Below are positions 9,817 to 19,845 of a DNA stretch of 64,000 nt, in pieces (position 1 is the first letter of the stretch; the number at the start of each line of letters is the position of its first letter). The stretch is from Candidatus Parcubacteria bacterium. Its GTDB lineage: Bacteria; Patescibacteriota; Minisyncoccia; Phycocordibacterales; UBA918. The notes below the pieces were generated by a model. The model did no database searches, was not told the DNA's origin, and worked only from the letters and a program-made list of their open reading frames with translations. The stretch spans positions 13,755 through 77,754 of the forward strand of contig JBJOPW010000004.1 of assembly GCA_046050355.1 (NCBI GenBank), given 5' to 3'. Both the position numbers and the translations under genes were made by a program.

Positions 9817-12810
9817 CTAGACGTGCTTCATAACTACATCGACAGAGGTGGCTTTAATGAAGCGAGCCGGGTTCGGTTCAGTGGCAATGGCCTGGAAATG
9901 CTTCTCGCCGCATTTGATTTTAGCGCCCTCATGGTGGCGTAGATCATCCCACCAGCCGCTGCTCTTCGTTTCGACAACGAAATAGAGCTTTTCCTCGCCG
10001 TCCTGGTCGATGAGCACCGCCCAGTCGGGGTTGTAGGTGCCGAGCGGGGTCGGAACTTTGAACCATGCGGGCAGCTTGGCGTAGACTTTCACGGCCTCGT
10101 TGGCTTCAAGGTCTTCAGCGAAGGACTTCTCAGTGCCCTCGGAATCGTAGACCACGTACTCGAAGACCGACTTTTGCGCCGGGATGGCGTTCTTGAGGTA
10201 GGTTTTCAGCTCTTCCTGCTCGAACAGCTCCTGGCAGTAGTAGTCATCGTCGCCAATGCGGCGGTACTTGATACCGTCCACCAGGGCGAGGCGCTTGGTG
10301 CGGTTGATGGCTTCGGCGGCCTGGTCAATAAACTGCTGCGGGTTGCGCTTGAAGTCCTCGATGCGGTCGCTCTTGAGCAAAATATCGACAATGCTGCCGC
10401 GCGTGAGCTGGGTCTTGTCCTGAAGCTCGGTGATGATGTCCGGCAGCTCGATGTCATCTTCATTTATCGTGGTGTAGGCGCTCTTGGCCCCGTCTTCCTT
10501 CGTCGAAACACCGCCCTTGCCGATTTCCAGTCCAGCCTTGCGGAAGCGCGCGCGGGTCTTGGTTATCGGTTCGGAATTGCGGATGTTCTCCGCGCAGTCC
10601 TCGATCAGTTTGGCGTTATCGAATTCCACCCGGTAGGTGGTCTTGTGCTTGATGCGCTCCCAAAGGGCCTTGAACTCGGGGCTTTGCAAGATGGCCTCGC
10701 GGGTCTTGATGACCTTGCGGTCGTCGGCGTTCTTGATGTCGAGGCGACCGGCGAGCTTCTTGAGGATGGCGCTGATCTCGCCAGCCTGGGCGGTGAACTC
10801 TTCGGGTAGCGCAAGGGTGCCAGCCTTGAGGGCCGTGCGCAGGCTGTCCTGAACCCGTCCCTTGGCGTCAATCAGCTCTGCGGCCTTGAGATGCTCCCAA
10901 AGCTTCTCGGAAGCAGTCGCGCCAAGCGGCTTAGCTTCGCCATCTTCCGACTGCACCATGATCGCAGCGAACTGATGCGGTTCGACGACGCCGAACTTGA
11001 TGCCGGTATCCTGCTCGATCTCGCTCTGGAGGTTCTTGGCGAAATCCTCGTAGCTTTCCGTGGCAATCACGGTGAGCGTGTTGACTTCGTGGCCCCGCAA
11101 GCGTTGGCCGCTCTGGTCAACACAAAGGCGAAGCCCGCGACCGATGGTCTGCCGACGCTCGCGCTCGGTTCCCATGTCGCGCAGGGTGCAAATCTGGAAG
11201 ACATTGGGGTTGTCCCAACCTTCGCGGAGCGCGGAGTGCGAGAAGATGAACTTCAGCTTCGTGTCGAAGCTGAGCAGCTTCTCCTTTTCCTTCATAATCA
11301 GGTTGTAGGCCCGCTCGGCGTTGTCGCGGTTGGACTGGTTGTTTTCTGCCGTGTCCGTCCAGCCCCCCTTCTTGTCGATGGAGAAATAGCCGTTGTGTAG
11401 CTCTTCGGCGTCCTGACCGGGGTCGATCTGGGCGAACAGCGTATTGTAGGCCGGGCTCTTGGCGAGCTTCTTGTATTCCTCTTCGAACATGACAGCATAC
11501 TTGCCCTTGTGGGCGTTTCCGGCTTCGTCGTACTGGCGGTAGTGCTCGACGCTGTCGATGAAGAAGAGGCTGAGCACCTTGATCGGGCGGCCTGTCTCTT
11601 TGAAGCGAAGCTCCTTGTCGAGGTGCTCCTTGATGGTGCGGCGGATCATGAGCCGTTTTTGCTCATCAGGATCGACACCACCGTAGGACATGCCAGGCTT
11701 AAGTACCTTGTCTAGGCCAGGTCCCTGAAGCTCGATAGTTTGCTCGGGGCCAACGGTGATTGTTGCGATCTGCATGTTCTCGTAGAGGGAACGGTTGGTG
11801 AGCTGCTCCAGGTCGTCACCATCCTCGACGGTCACAATCTTGCGCTTCACATCCTTGCCGCTGGCGATGTCGAGCTCGACCTTGGCGGTGATGGAGCCTT
11901 GCCTATTGTGCGTCGAAAGCAGCTTCACGTAAGGCTTGTTGTGGCCGCCCTCTATCTCAAGCGAAGCAACCTCGATTTGCTTCACTAGGCCGCGCTCGTA
12001 GGCGTCCACGGCATCGAGCCGGTAGACCATGTGGTGCTTTTGCAAGTGAGTGGCTGAATAGCGAAGGGTACAAAGCGCGTTCATATCCTTTAGTGCCTGT
12101 CGCCCTGCACCTTGCAGACCGCCATCGACGCTTTGAGGCTCATCGACGACAATGATGGGGTTGGTCGCCTTAATCAGGTCAATAGGCTTTTCCCCGCCTG
12201 TGTTCTCGCTTTCCCGATAGATAACATTCGTCTGGCGGGACAGAGCCTGAATGGTGGACACCATTATCTGAATAGTCGAGCTTGTAGCGAAATTGCGAAC
12301 CTGCCCAAGCTTCGATGATTCATAGAGGAAATACTCGTAGCCCTTGGCCTTGGGGTAGAGGTTCTCGAAGTGGTCGCGGGTGATCTCCAGCGTCTTGTAG
12401 ACGCCTTCTTTGATGGCGACAGACGGCACCACGATGACGAACTTCGTGAAGCCGTACTCGCGATTAAGCTCGAAAATCGTCCTGAGATAAACGTAGGTCT
12501 TCCCGGTTCCCGTCTCCATCTCGACGGTGAAGTCGCCGGATTGCAGCAGCTTGTCCTGGGCCAGGCCATTGCGTAGCTGCACCTCTGCCAGGTTATCCAG
12601 CAATTCTTCATCGATCAGCTGAAGCCGATTGCCCACGCCAAGATCACTCTCGATAAGCCCAAGCGTGGCCTGAGACCCGGTCTGCGGACGGTAGGTCACG
12701 GTGAACTCTGAACGGGACACTTCCTGCCCCTTGAACAGCTCAACAACCGATGCAATCGCCGCTTGCTGGTAATCAAGGTTGTCTTCGAAATGTAGTTTCA
12801 TTGCAGGCAT
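9817..12810 (-). CDS. res: type III restriction enzyme Res subunit
   Basis: METGTGKT, DEPQ, SAT, LREGWDNPNVFQIC, QTIGRGLR, C-terminal YNPDWA..VETK nuclease motif. Confidence 0.95.
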   Translation of the reverse strand: MPAMKLHFEDNLDYQQAAIASVVELFKGQEVSRSEFTVTYRPQTGSQATLGLIESDLGVGNRLQLIDEELLDNLAEVQLRNGLAQDKLLQSGDFTVEMETGTGKTYVYLRTIFELNREYGFTKFVIVVPSVAIKEGVYKTLEITRDHFENLYPKAKGYEYFLYESSKLGQVRNFATSSTIQIMVSTIQALSRQTNVIYRESENTGGEKPIDLIKATNPIIVVDEPQSVDGGLQGAGRQALKDMNALCTLRYSATHLQKHHMVYRLDAVDAYERGLVKQIEVASLEIEGGHNKPYVKLLSTHNRQGSITAKVELDIASGKDVKRKIVTVEDGDDLEQLTNRSLYENMQIATITVGPEQTIELQGPGLDKVLKPGMSYGGVDPDEQKRLMIRRTIKEHLDKELRFKETGRPIKVLSLFFIDSVEHYRQYDEAGNAHKGKYAVMFEEEYKKLAKSPAYNTLFAQIDPGQDAEELHNGYFSIDKKGGWTDTAENNQSNRDNAERAYNLIMKEKEKLLSFDTKLKFIFSHSALREGWDNPNVFQICTLRDMGTERERRQTIGRGLRLCVDQSGQRLRGHEVNTLTVIATESYEDFAKNLQSEIEQDTGIKFGVVEPHQFAAIMVQSEDGEAKPLGATASEKLWEHLKAAELIDAKGRVQDSLRTALKAGTLALPEEFTAQAGEISAILKKLAGRLDIKNADDRKVIKTREAILQSPEFKALWERIKHKTTYRVEFDNAKLIEDCAENIRNSEPITKTRARFRKAGLEIGKGGVSTKEDGAKSAYTTINEDDIELPDIITELQDKTQLTRGSIVDILLKSDRIEDFKRNPQQFIDQAAEAINRTKRLALVDGIKYRRIGDDDYYCQELFEQEELKTYLKNAIPAQKSVFEYVVYDSEGTEKSFAEDLEANEAVKVYAKLPAWFKVPTPLGTYNPDWAVLIDQDGEEKLYFVVETKSSGWWDDLRHHEGAKIKCGEKHFQAIATEPNPARFIKATSVDVVMKHV

Positions 12811-12821
12811 ACTCGATCAGG

Positions 12822-14684
12822 TTACAGGCTGCGAACGTGGCTGATGCCGTTCTGCTCAAGGATGGCCACCATGTTGGTCTTGGCGATGTCATCGGCGAAG
12901 GCACTGTCCCGGAAGAAGACATGGGAGTCAGTCTCAGGCTCGAGCTCCCTGTGCCAATCCAGAATACCTTGAGCGAGACTGTCCACGAGGGTTGCTTCAA
13001 CTGAGGTATCAAGACATGCGAATAGCACGCCATAACCGACGCTGTAGACTGATTTTCCGGCAACTTTCCGTTCTTCTATTGGGGCAGTCAGCTCTATTCC
13101 ACGCTTCAACAAAAGTTCGCATAGTATATCTGCTTCGGACCGACCTTCAACAAGGTGATCCTTATTTAGAAGCAAGGCTCCCTCCATATCATTGCGATCT
13201 GGGGTCCAGGCTTTGATACCAGATCGATTCAGCTGGAAATAGCGAAAGCCTAGATCCTTCACCTTTCCTTGCATTGTTTTTCCAGCTCTCCTAATTCTTT
13301 CAGCCGACAGCTTTGCTATGTTTTCGTATCCGGCAGCTCCAGCTACAGAACTTTTGTCAATTTCCTCTGGCAACTGAATCTGGATAAACCTACGCGTCCC
13401 GCCATCTTCTGCATTGGCGGAGAGGACAGCATGGGCCGTGGTCGAAGAGCCGGCAAAAAAATCTATAATCAGATCATCTTTGCTGTCACTCTGTGACAAC
13501 TGAATCATCCGACGAATCAATCTTGTGGGCTTGGGATTGTCGAACATTCCGGCCATTCCTAAGGCCTTCAATTCACTATTGGATTCGTGATTATGGCCGA
13601 CTTCGTCATATGGCCACAATGTCGTTGGCGTAACCCCATCTTTTATTTCGCTCAGAAAGCTTTTTCTTGATGGAGTCTGGTCTCCTTTTTCTCCAAACCA
13701 AATCTCATCACCTTCATCCATCATTTTCATAGATGCATCATTGAAACGTCGATAGGTTCCAGCAGGTGGGGTCCATGTGACCCCATTTTTGAAGGTGTAG
13801 CTCGAGTTATTTGTTCCACTCTTGGCGTGCAAAGGCGTTGCCTTCCACGGTCCTTTGGGGTGACCATCTGGGTTCTTATAGGCACTTACTTGGTCTTCCG
13901 TGCGAGGAAGTTGATTTAGGACAAAACTATCTTTGTTTTTGGCGTAGCATAGGACATGATCATGATTTGATGAAAACCACTTAGCGTCGTTGGCGCGAGT
14001 GTATTTCTTTTGCCAAACGACATTAGCAATGAAGTTCTCTTCGCCAAATATTTCATCACAAATTTTTCGCAGGTTCGCCTGTTCCGTGTCATCTATTGTA
14101 ACGAAAATTACGCCCTCATCGGATAGTAGGGTTCTTGCGAGGCGGATTCTGGGATACATCATATTCAACCAATTGGTGTGTAATCTCCCGCCCGTTTCCA
14201 TATTGGATGAAAATTTCATTCCATCCGAGGCAATCTGGCCGGTATACTTAAGGTAGGTCTCAAGATTGTCTTGGAATCTGTCGGGATAGATGAATTCATT
14301 CCCAGTGTTATAGGGCGGATCGATAAAAATCATTCTAGCTTTTCCTGCATAACTTTTTTGCAGGAGCTTCAGCGATTCAAGGTTATCCCCCTCAATAAAA
14401 ACATTCCGAGTTGTGGCCCAATCGACACTTTCATCCTTTCGCGGTACGAGCGTCCCTGTGCTTGGCGTGAGAGCAATTTGTCGCGCTTGCTTCTTGCCAT
14501 GCCAGGTTAGGCCATACTTTTCCTCACCCTCATCTAGCACTTTTGCATCGCCAAGCAGCTGGCGAAGAACGTCAATATTCATCCCGCCTTCGGTGAAAGC
14601 GTCGGGAAACAGCGCCTTTAGCTTGGCAATGTTCTCGGCGATGATGTTGGCGCTCTGGCCGTCTTCGTGGGTGACTTTTTTCAT
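12822..14684 (-). CDS. mod: type III R-M DNA methyltransferase (Mod)
   Basis: IEGDNLE, IDPPYNTG, DFFAGSSTTAHAV. Confidence 0.95.
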   Translation of the reverse strand: MKKVTHEDGQSANIIAENIAKLKALFPDAFTEGGMNIDVLRQLLGDAKVLDEGEEKYGLTWHGKKQARQIALTPSTGTLVPRKDESVDWATTRNVFIEGDNLESLKLLQKSYAGKARMIFIDPPYNTGNEFIYPDRFQDNLETYLKYTGQIASDGMKFSSNMETGGRLHTNWLNMMYPRIRLARTLLSDEGVIFVTIDDTEQANLRKICDEIFGEENFIANVVWQKKYTRANDAKWFSSNHDHVLCYAKNKDSFVLNQLPRTEDQVSAYKNPDGHPKGPWKATPLHAKSGTNNSSYTFKNGVTWTPPAGTYRRFNDASMKMMDEGDEIWFGEKGDQTPSRKSFLSEIKDGVTPTTLWPYDEVGHNHESNSELKALGMAGMFDNPKPTRLIRRMIQLSQSDSKDDLIIDFFAGSSTTAHAVLSANAEDGGTRRFIQIQLPEEIDKSSVAGAAGYENIAKLSAERIRRAGKTMQGKVKDLGFRYFQLNRSGIKAWTPDRNDMEGALLLNKDHLVEGRSEADILCELLLKRGIELTAPIEERKVAGKSVYSVGYGVLFACLDTSVEATLVDSLAQGILDWHRELEPETDSHVFFRDSAFADDIAKTNMVAILEQNGISHVRSL

Positions 14685-14700
14685 GGTCTTCTTCTTGAAT

Positions 14701-15465
14701 TTAGTTGCTAAAGTTCAGGCGAGCTTCGAGCTTGAGTATAGCATCTTTTCGTTCCCTGATCATGCTGTTCAGGGTGATCTTGCTTCCCATCTGGTGCTCG
14801 CGATTCAGCGTGGTCCGGAGCTCAGCAATCTCGCGTTCCAGTTTGTGAATCTCCCCGAGAATGACAGTGTGTTCCTTGGATGCCGAGATCGAGGCCGAAA
14901 CGAACGTCCCGGTCCTGTCCGAGGTGATCAGCCCGATGACCTGGCTCTGGAATGCTTCATAGAGGGCATAAAAGTTGGTGGCGGGAAGCCGGTGAAGCTG
15001 AATGGCCTCCAGGAAGGCCGCCTGTGATGTCGAAGGCTTGTTCGGATCGATCCATTCGGTCTGCCAACGATCCACCAACACGAGCTTGGACTTGTCGGCC
15101 TGGTTGATCCGCTTTTCCGCAACACTGATGGCGATCTTGCCCGCGTGCTCGAACGCCAGGATCAGCGGATATGGAATGGCCCGGTGCATGAAGGCTGCGA
15201 CGCGATTGAGGCGAGCAGGATTCGACAGCTCGACCGAAAGGACGGCGATCTCCAGGTATTCTCGCTCGCTGTCCTGGAAGGGTGCGATGTTGATGGTGTC
15301 GGGCTTGAGCGTGTATTGCCAGCGGATGCGCCCGACATCCTCGCTCAGCGCCTTCCTGTCGGTCTGGTCTAGCTCTGCGTGATCGAGGAACATCTTCTTG
15401 TAGACCGGCTTGTCGAGCAAGCAGGCTTCAGGGATGCCAAGGCTGGAGAGGAAGGCGTCGATCAT
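14701..15465 (-). CDS. DUF4391 family protein
   Basis: HRAIPYP, KRINQAD, C-terminal coiled coil; between SNF2 helicase and mod. Confidence 0.8.
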   Translation of the reverse strand: MIDAFLSSLGIPEACLLDKPVYKKMFLDHAELDQTDRKALSEDVGRIRWQYTLKPDTINIAPFQDSEREYLEIAVLSVELSNPARLNRVAAFMHRAIPYPLILAFEHAGKIAISVAEKRINQADKSKLVLVDRWQTEWIDPNKPSTSQAAFLEAIQLHRLPATNFYALYEAFQSQVIGLITSDRTGTFVSASISASKEHTVILGEIHKLEREIAELRTTLNREHQMGSKITLNSMIRERKDAILKLEARLNFSN

Positions 15466-18400
15466 GCTGCGGCTTGGATAACGAGGAAGCTCACAACCTC
15501 AAAATCGTCTCCGCCCTTGAGGTGATCTTTGGTGAGCGCCGTACCGCCACGGGAAAAGAGGCTCTCGACGCCCTTTTCTTCAGTCTTGCCGACGACGCTC
15601 TCTATGGCGCGATCCAGCAGCTCTCGATAGGCGCTCATATCGCGCCCGTTCTTGGTTTTGGTGTTAAGGGCGTCGATGCTGGCGCGGTCTAGCTCAGTCG
15701 CAGACGCGGCGAGCTTCTTGTATACGTCCAGGCTCTTTTTGGCCTGAAGGTGATTGAACACGATGGTGCCCGCCTCGGAGACATAGATGAGGTAGAATGG
15801 CGTGAGCGCGTAGCTGTCTTCGTTCTGCACCTTACCCTTAAGGTCGCGCAGGCAGAAGATCACGCCTGGCACGGCTTGGTCAATGTTGGGCGACACAACC
15901 GCGTGAAAGCCGGTTGGTGAGCCTTCCAGGCGCTTCAGGTTTTCCTTCATGAAGCTGGACAAATCCATGCGGAAGTCGTTCAGCGTCATGTCGGTGATGG
16001 AGACGCTGCCATCCATGTCCTCAAGATCGATGACGGCATCTTGGAGCTGCTGCATTTGTTTGCGACGGTATTCCAGATCGTTCATCTGCTTGTTTTCGTC
16101 ATATTCGATGACGTTCTCTTCGCCGGTCGCGGAGATGTCCAAGAGCACCATGCGACCGCTCACGCGGGCTTCGAGGTTGATATACTCGTCGAGCTGCATG
16201 TTAGGCCAGAAATTGGTGAGCTGGATCGCGGCGTTCTTCGATCCTAAGCGGTCCACGCGCCCGAAGCGCTGGATGATCCGCACCGGGTTCCAGTGGATGT
16301 CGTAATTGACTAGCATGTCGCAGTCCTGAAGGTTCTGGCCTTCCGAAATGCAGTCCGTGGCGATCAGGATGTCGATGTCAGTCGTGGCATCGGGGTCGAT
16401 CTTGTCGCGCTCTTTTGAAACCGGCGAAAAATTAGTCAGGATGCTGTTGAGGTCGCGCGGCAAGCCGTCGATGGTGCAGCGGTTGGTTCCACTACCCGTC
16501 ACGAGCGCGCTGTGGAGGCCAAATTCCTTCAGCGCCCAGGTGTGTATGTGCTTGAAAAGATATTCAGCCGTGTCGGAGAAGGCGGTGAAAACGATGACCT
16601 TGTTGTTGCCAGGGTTGATCGGCGTTTTGAGCTTGGCGGCAATGGTGTCCTTCAGCTTTTGGAGCTTGGCATCGTCCGCAGCCGCAATCTTCCGCGCCTC
16701 GTCGAGCAGGTAGCCTAAAAGGATGTGATCGGCTTCGAGGTCCTGACGCATCCGGATGAGGTCCAGGTCCTGGATCAGCACCTTGACCTTTCGGCCAATC
16801 ATAAGGTCTTCGAGTTCGGGAGAATCTGCCTCGATGTCCTCGATGAGCAATTCCTCGATTTCCGTAGCCTCATGAGCATCGATCTTCGCGAGGAAGTTGC
16901 CGACCTGAGCATGAATCTTCTCGACGGTGAGAGCGAAGGAATGGATCGAGCTCTCCATCCGCTTAAGCATGTTGACGCGCATGAGGTGGATCAGGCTGCG
17001 CTCCCGGTCCACCTGCTTGAGCGTCGATTTCCCACCTTTGACTTGTTGGTCGTACTTGCGGCTGTAATCGTCCTGCTTGTCGGCGCGCACATAATCCAGG
17101 GGCGCGTAGGCCGCCAGAGAAAGCTTCTTGATTGAGCGGTTGATGTCCTTGAGCGGCGGGAACCGGCCATCCTTGTCGATGTCCGACTTCACATTCTGCG
17201 GCTTCAGACGCTCGGGGAATTTCCCGATTTCCGCAGTGTCGTAATACTTCTCGATATGCCGCCGCGACCGCGCGATGGTAAGCAGGTCGAGTAGCTTGAA
17301 ATAGCCGAAGTTAAGGCTTTCGAGCAGCCCTTCGGTGGTGCGGCTTTCAGCCGGTAGCTTCAGCCAGGTGTTGAACTGCGTCTGCGCGCGACGGAGTGTA
17401 ACTTCTATGCTTTGAATGCCCGCATCGGCTAGCGCTTTGTCCTGCCCTTCGGTGATGAAGGCGACCTGGTTCTTCAGGTCATTCAGGCGATTGTTCACCG
17501 GGGTGGCGGAGAGCATCAGGACTTTGGTTTTGACGCCTTTCCGGATTACCTCGTCCATCAGCCGCTGGTAGCGAGTGATCTTGTCTTTGCTCGGGTTGTT
17601 GTTTCGGAAATTGTGGGACTCGTCGATGACGATGAGGTCGTAGTTGCCCCAGTTGATCGTCTCCAGGTTAATCTCACCGGAGCGACCCGTCTCGCGGCTC
17701 AAGTCTGTGTGGTTCAGGACATCAAAGTTGAAGCGATCAGCCGCAAGCAAGTTGCGCTTGTCGTTGATCGTGTAGACAGTCCAGTTTTCTCGGAGCTTCT
17801 TGGGCGCGAGCACCAGAACGCGGTCATTGCGCAGTTCGTAGTATTTTATGACGGCCAGCGCCTCGAACGTCTTACCCAAACCGACGCTGTCGGCGATGAT
17901 GCAACCGTTGTAACGCTCAAGCTTGTCGATAGCGCCGAGAACGCCGTCTTTCTGGAACTTGTAGAGCTTGTTCCAAACTAACGTGTCCTTAAAGCCAGTC
18001 TTCGACCGTATGATGCTTTCCTCATCGATTTCCTCGATGAAGTCCCTGAAGATATTGAACAGGGTGATGAAGTAGAGAAGGTTCGCAGGCTTATCGGAGG
18101 CGAGGAAATCAAGGCTTTCAAGCACCGCATCCTTTGCATTGCGAACGGCAGTTGGATCATTCCAGATTGTCTCGAACCAGTTGAGCAACTGCTTCGTTGC
18201 CTCCGGGTCTTTCGCCACGGTGTTCATCGCAAAGCTGTTGGATCGCACAACGCCAAGACCAGCGGCTGTAAAGTCCGAAGTGCCAGCGACGGCAACCACT
18301 TCACCAAGGGGTGGTTGAATGTGAAAAATATTCTGCGCGATAGGCGCTCCTGCGAGCTGTCGGACCTGAGCCTTCTTTCGAACCCATTCCGCACACTCGG

Positions 18401-18653
18401 CGGCGATGCGCTGGAGGTTCAGCTCATTCTTCAGGCCAATCTCTTCAGTGGTCCCGGCTAGAGGCAGCGGGAGAGCGGCATCAGGTCGCGCCAAGAGAAT
18501 GCGCAAGTCCTGAACCTTGTTGAGCTCTGACTTCAGGGCGGAATAACCAAAAACGGAAAACCAGGCGGTCAAAACCAACATTTTCGAGTCTGGGCTCAAG
18601 GCCGCTCGAAGTTCGTCTACGACCTTGCCGTGGACCTTGTTATCTAGAAGCAT
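15462..18653 (-). CDS. SNF2-family helicase with N-terminal PLD-like domain
   Basis: ADSVGLGKT, DESHNFRN, SATP, SEGQNLQD, QRFGRVDR; start placed at MLLDNK (alternatives upstream). Confidence 0.9.
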   Translation of the reverse strand: MLLDNKVHGKVVDELRAALSPDSKMLVLTAWFSVFGYSALKSELNKVQDLRILLARPDAALPLPLAGTTEEIGLKNELNLQRIAAECAEWVRKKAQVRQLAGAPIAQNIFHIQPPLGEVVAVAGTSDFTAAGLGVVRSNSFAMNTVAKDPEATKQLLNWFETIWNDPTAVRNAKDAVLESLDFLASDKPANLLYFITLFNIFRDFIEEIDEESIIRSKTGFKDTLVWNKLYKFQKDGVLGAIDKLERYNGCIIADSVGLGKTFEALAVIKYYELRNDRVLVLAPKKLRENWTVYTINDKRNLLAADRFNFDVLNHTDLSRETGRSGEINLETINWGNYDLIVIDESHNFRNNNPSKDKITRYQRLMDEVIRKGVKTKVLMLSATPVNNRLNDLKNQVAFITEGQDKALADAGIQSIEVTLRRAQTQFNTWLKLPAESRTTEGLLESLNFGYFKLLDLLTIARSRRHIEKYYDTAEIGKFPERLKPQNVKSDIDKDGRFPPLKDINRSIKKLSLAAYAPLDYVRADKQDDYSRKYDQQVKGGKSTLKQVDRERSLIHLMRVNMLKRMESSIHSFALTVEKIHAQVGNFLAKIDAHEATEIEELLIEDIEADSPELEDLMIGRKVKVLIQDLDLIRMRQDLEADHILLGYLLDEARKIAAADDAKLQKLKDTIAAKLKTPINPGNNKVIVFTAFSDTAEYLFKHIHTWALKEFGLHSALVTGSGTNRCTIDGLPRDLNSILTNFSPVSKERDKIDPDATTDIDILIATDCISEGQNLQDCDMLVNYDIHWNPVRIIQRFGRVDRLGSKNAAIQLTNFWPNMQLDEYINLEARVSGRMVLLDISATGEENVIEYDENKQMNDLEYRRKQMQQLQDAVIDLEDMDGSVSITDMTLNDFRMDLSSFMKENLKRLEGSPTGFHAVVSPNIDQAVPGVIFCLRDLKGKVQNEDSYALTPFYLIYVSEAGTIVFNHLQAKKSLDVYKKLAASATELDRASIDALNTKTKNGRDMSAYRELLDRAIESVVGKTEEKGVESLFSRGGTALTKDHLKGGDDFEVVSFLVIQAAA

Positions 18654-18819
18654 GTGGACTTTTGCCTTGCCTGAAGAGTCGTCGTATGTGGTTGATTTTT
18701 TATGGGAATCCATGCCTTTTCTAGTCTCATTATCATTCCACAGATCGAGACTACAAGCAAAGGTTGGGTGACCGGATTCTGCAGACCCGGCCACCCGCGC
18801 TCCCACAAGGGGAGGGTCG

Positions 18820-19005
18820 TCAGGTCTCGCGGCGCGTGATCCGCTCTTGGAGCCATTCCAGCACTTCGCTTTCGACCCATCCGACCCGGTTCGGCCCGAG
18901 GTTTACCCGCTTGGGGAATGCTCCGACCTTTTCCAGCCTCGCGACGTGTTGCGGCGAGTACAGGACCAACTCTTTGAGCTGGCGCTTTGAAAGTATCCTC
19001 ATCAC
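18820..19005 (-). CDS. AlpA-family regulator/excisionase
   Basis: FPKRVNLGPNRVGWVESEVLEWL. Confidence 0.9.
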   Translation of the reverse strand: MMRILSKRQLKELVLYSPQHVARLEKVGAFPKRVNLGPNRVGWVESEVLEWLQERITRRET

Positions 19006-19199
19006 GATCTCTCCATGGTGAAGAGCATCGCGATGCCCAGGGTTACGACGTTCCTAGGTGTGAGGAGAGTAGTGCGAGATTAGTTGCCATGCCATAGAGT
19101 TGTGCCGCTCTTGATCCGTTCCTGCATGGCCAGTGTGCGCTTTGATTGAACCGGGATAGGGTTTTCGATTAGACTCCTGCACATGAAATGGAGGTACGA

Positions 19200-19517
19200 A
19201 TGAGCAGTATTGACTTGAACGCTCTCGACTTGGCTGAACTCAAGCAGTTAGCCAAGGACGTGTCGAAGGCGATTTCGGGGTTTGAGGATCGGAAGAAGTC
19301 GGAGGCTCGGGCTGCGCTCGAAGCTCAAGCCAAAGAGCTTGGCTTCACGCTGAGCGAGCTACTCGGGACTGGTAGCGGAAAGACGCGCGCACCGACCGTC
19401 GCCAAGTACCGCCATCCCGAGAATGCTTCGATTACATGGTCTGGCCGTGGCCGTAAGCCGCACTGGTTTTCAGACGCGATCGCAAAAGGTGTCTCTCCCG
19501 AGTCGTTAGCGGTATAG
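19200..19517 (+). CDS. hns: H-NS-like nucleoid protein (Rhodobacter HvrA/Spb type)
   Basis: GGAGG RBS; KYRHPEN...TWSGRGRKPHW; short N-terminus DLNALDLAELKQL. Confidence 0.9.
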   Translation: MSSIDLNALDLAELKQLAKDVSKAISGFEDRKKSEARAALEAQAKELGFTLSELLGTGSGKTRAPTVAKYRHPENASITWSGRGRKPHWFSDAIAKGVSPESLAV

Positions 19518-19589
19518 TCTCGTGGTGCGATCATACTCTCAGGCGCGGCCACGGCTGCGCTTGGGCCGCCTAGATCGTTGATCGACCGG

Positions 19590-19833
19590 AGGTGGTCTAG
19601 AAGGTGGACCGGATTCTCAGCGCTCTACAAAAGCTATATTTTTCAGTGCATTGGAAAATTTAGTGGTGCCCAGAGCCGGAATGGGATTGCCGGAACATTC
19701 CAACACATAGCCTTGCATTTTCAATTTCTTAGACCAAGTCGCGGCTCCAAGGGCAACACATCGCCGAACATCGCTGAACATACAATCACAACCCTTGAGG
19801 TGGACTAAAAGGTGGACTAGAAAAGGTGGACTG
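19590..19833. other. attP-like site of the tyrosine integrase (arm - tRNA 3' core - arm)
   Basis: AGGTGGWC arm repeats at 19590, 19602, 19798, 19810, 19824; core 19664-19682 is the reverse complement of ATTCCGGCTCTGGGCACCA, a tRNA 3' end with CCA; ACATCGCYGA tandem repeats at ~19758-19777. Confidence 0.75.
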
Positions 19834-19845
19834 CGGGAGGATTCG

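Noticed and set aside
10174-12576. Long plus-strand ORFs opposite res (and similar shadow ORFs elsewhere)
   Set aside because: Antisense shadows of GC-rich genes; no motifs or RBS
18654-18806. N-terminal extension of the SNF2 ORF
   Set aside because: Family-like sequence starts at MLLDNK; the extension is probably non-coding, though a start at 18713 cannot be excluded
19664-19682. Possible tRNA gene
   Set aside because: Only the 3' 19 nt are present, with no D or anticodon arm; treated as an att core
19798-19833. Short direct repeats as a CRISPR array
   Set aside because: Units are ~10 bp with 2-4 bp gaps and no cas genes; they fit integrase arm sites. No CRISPR array was seen in the window
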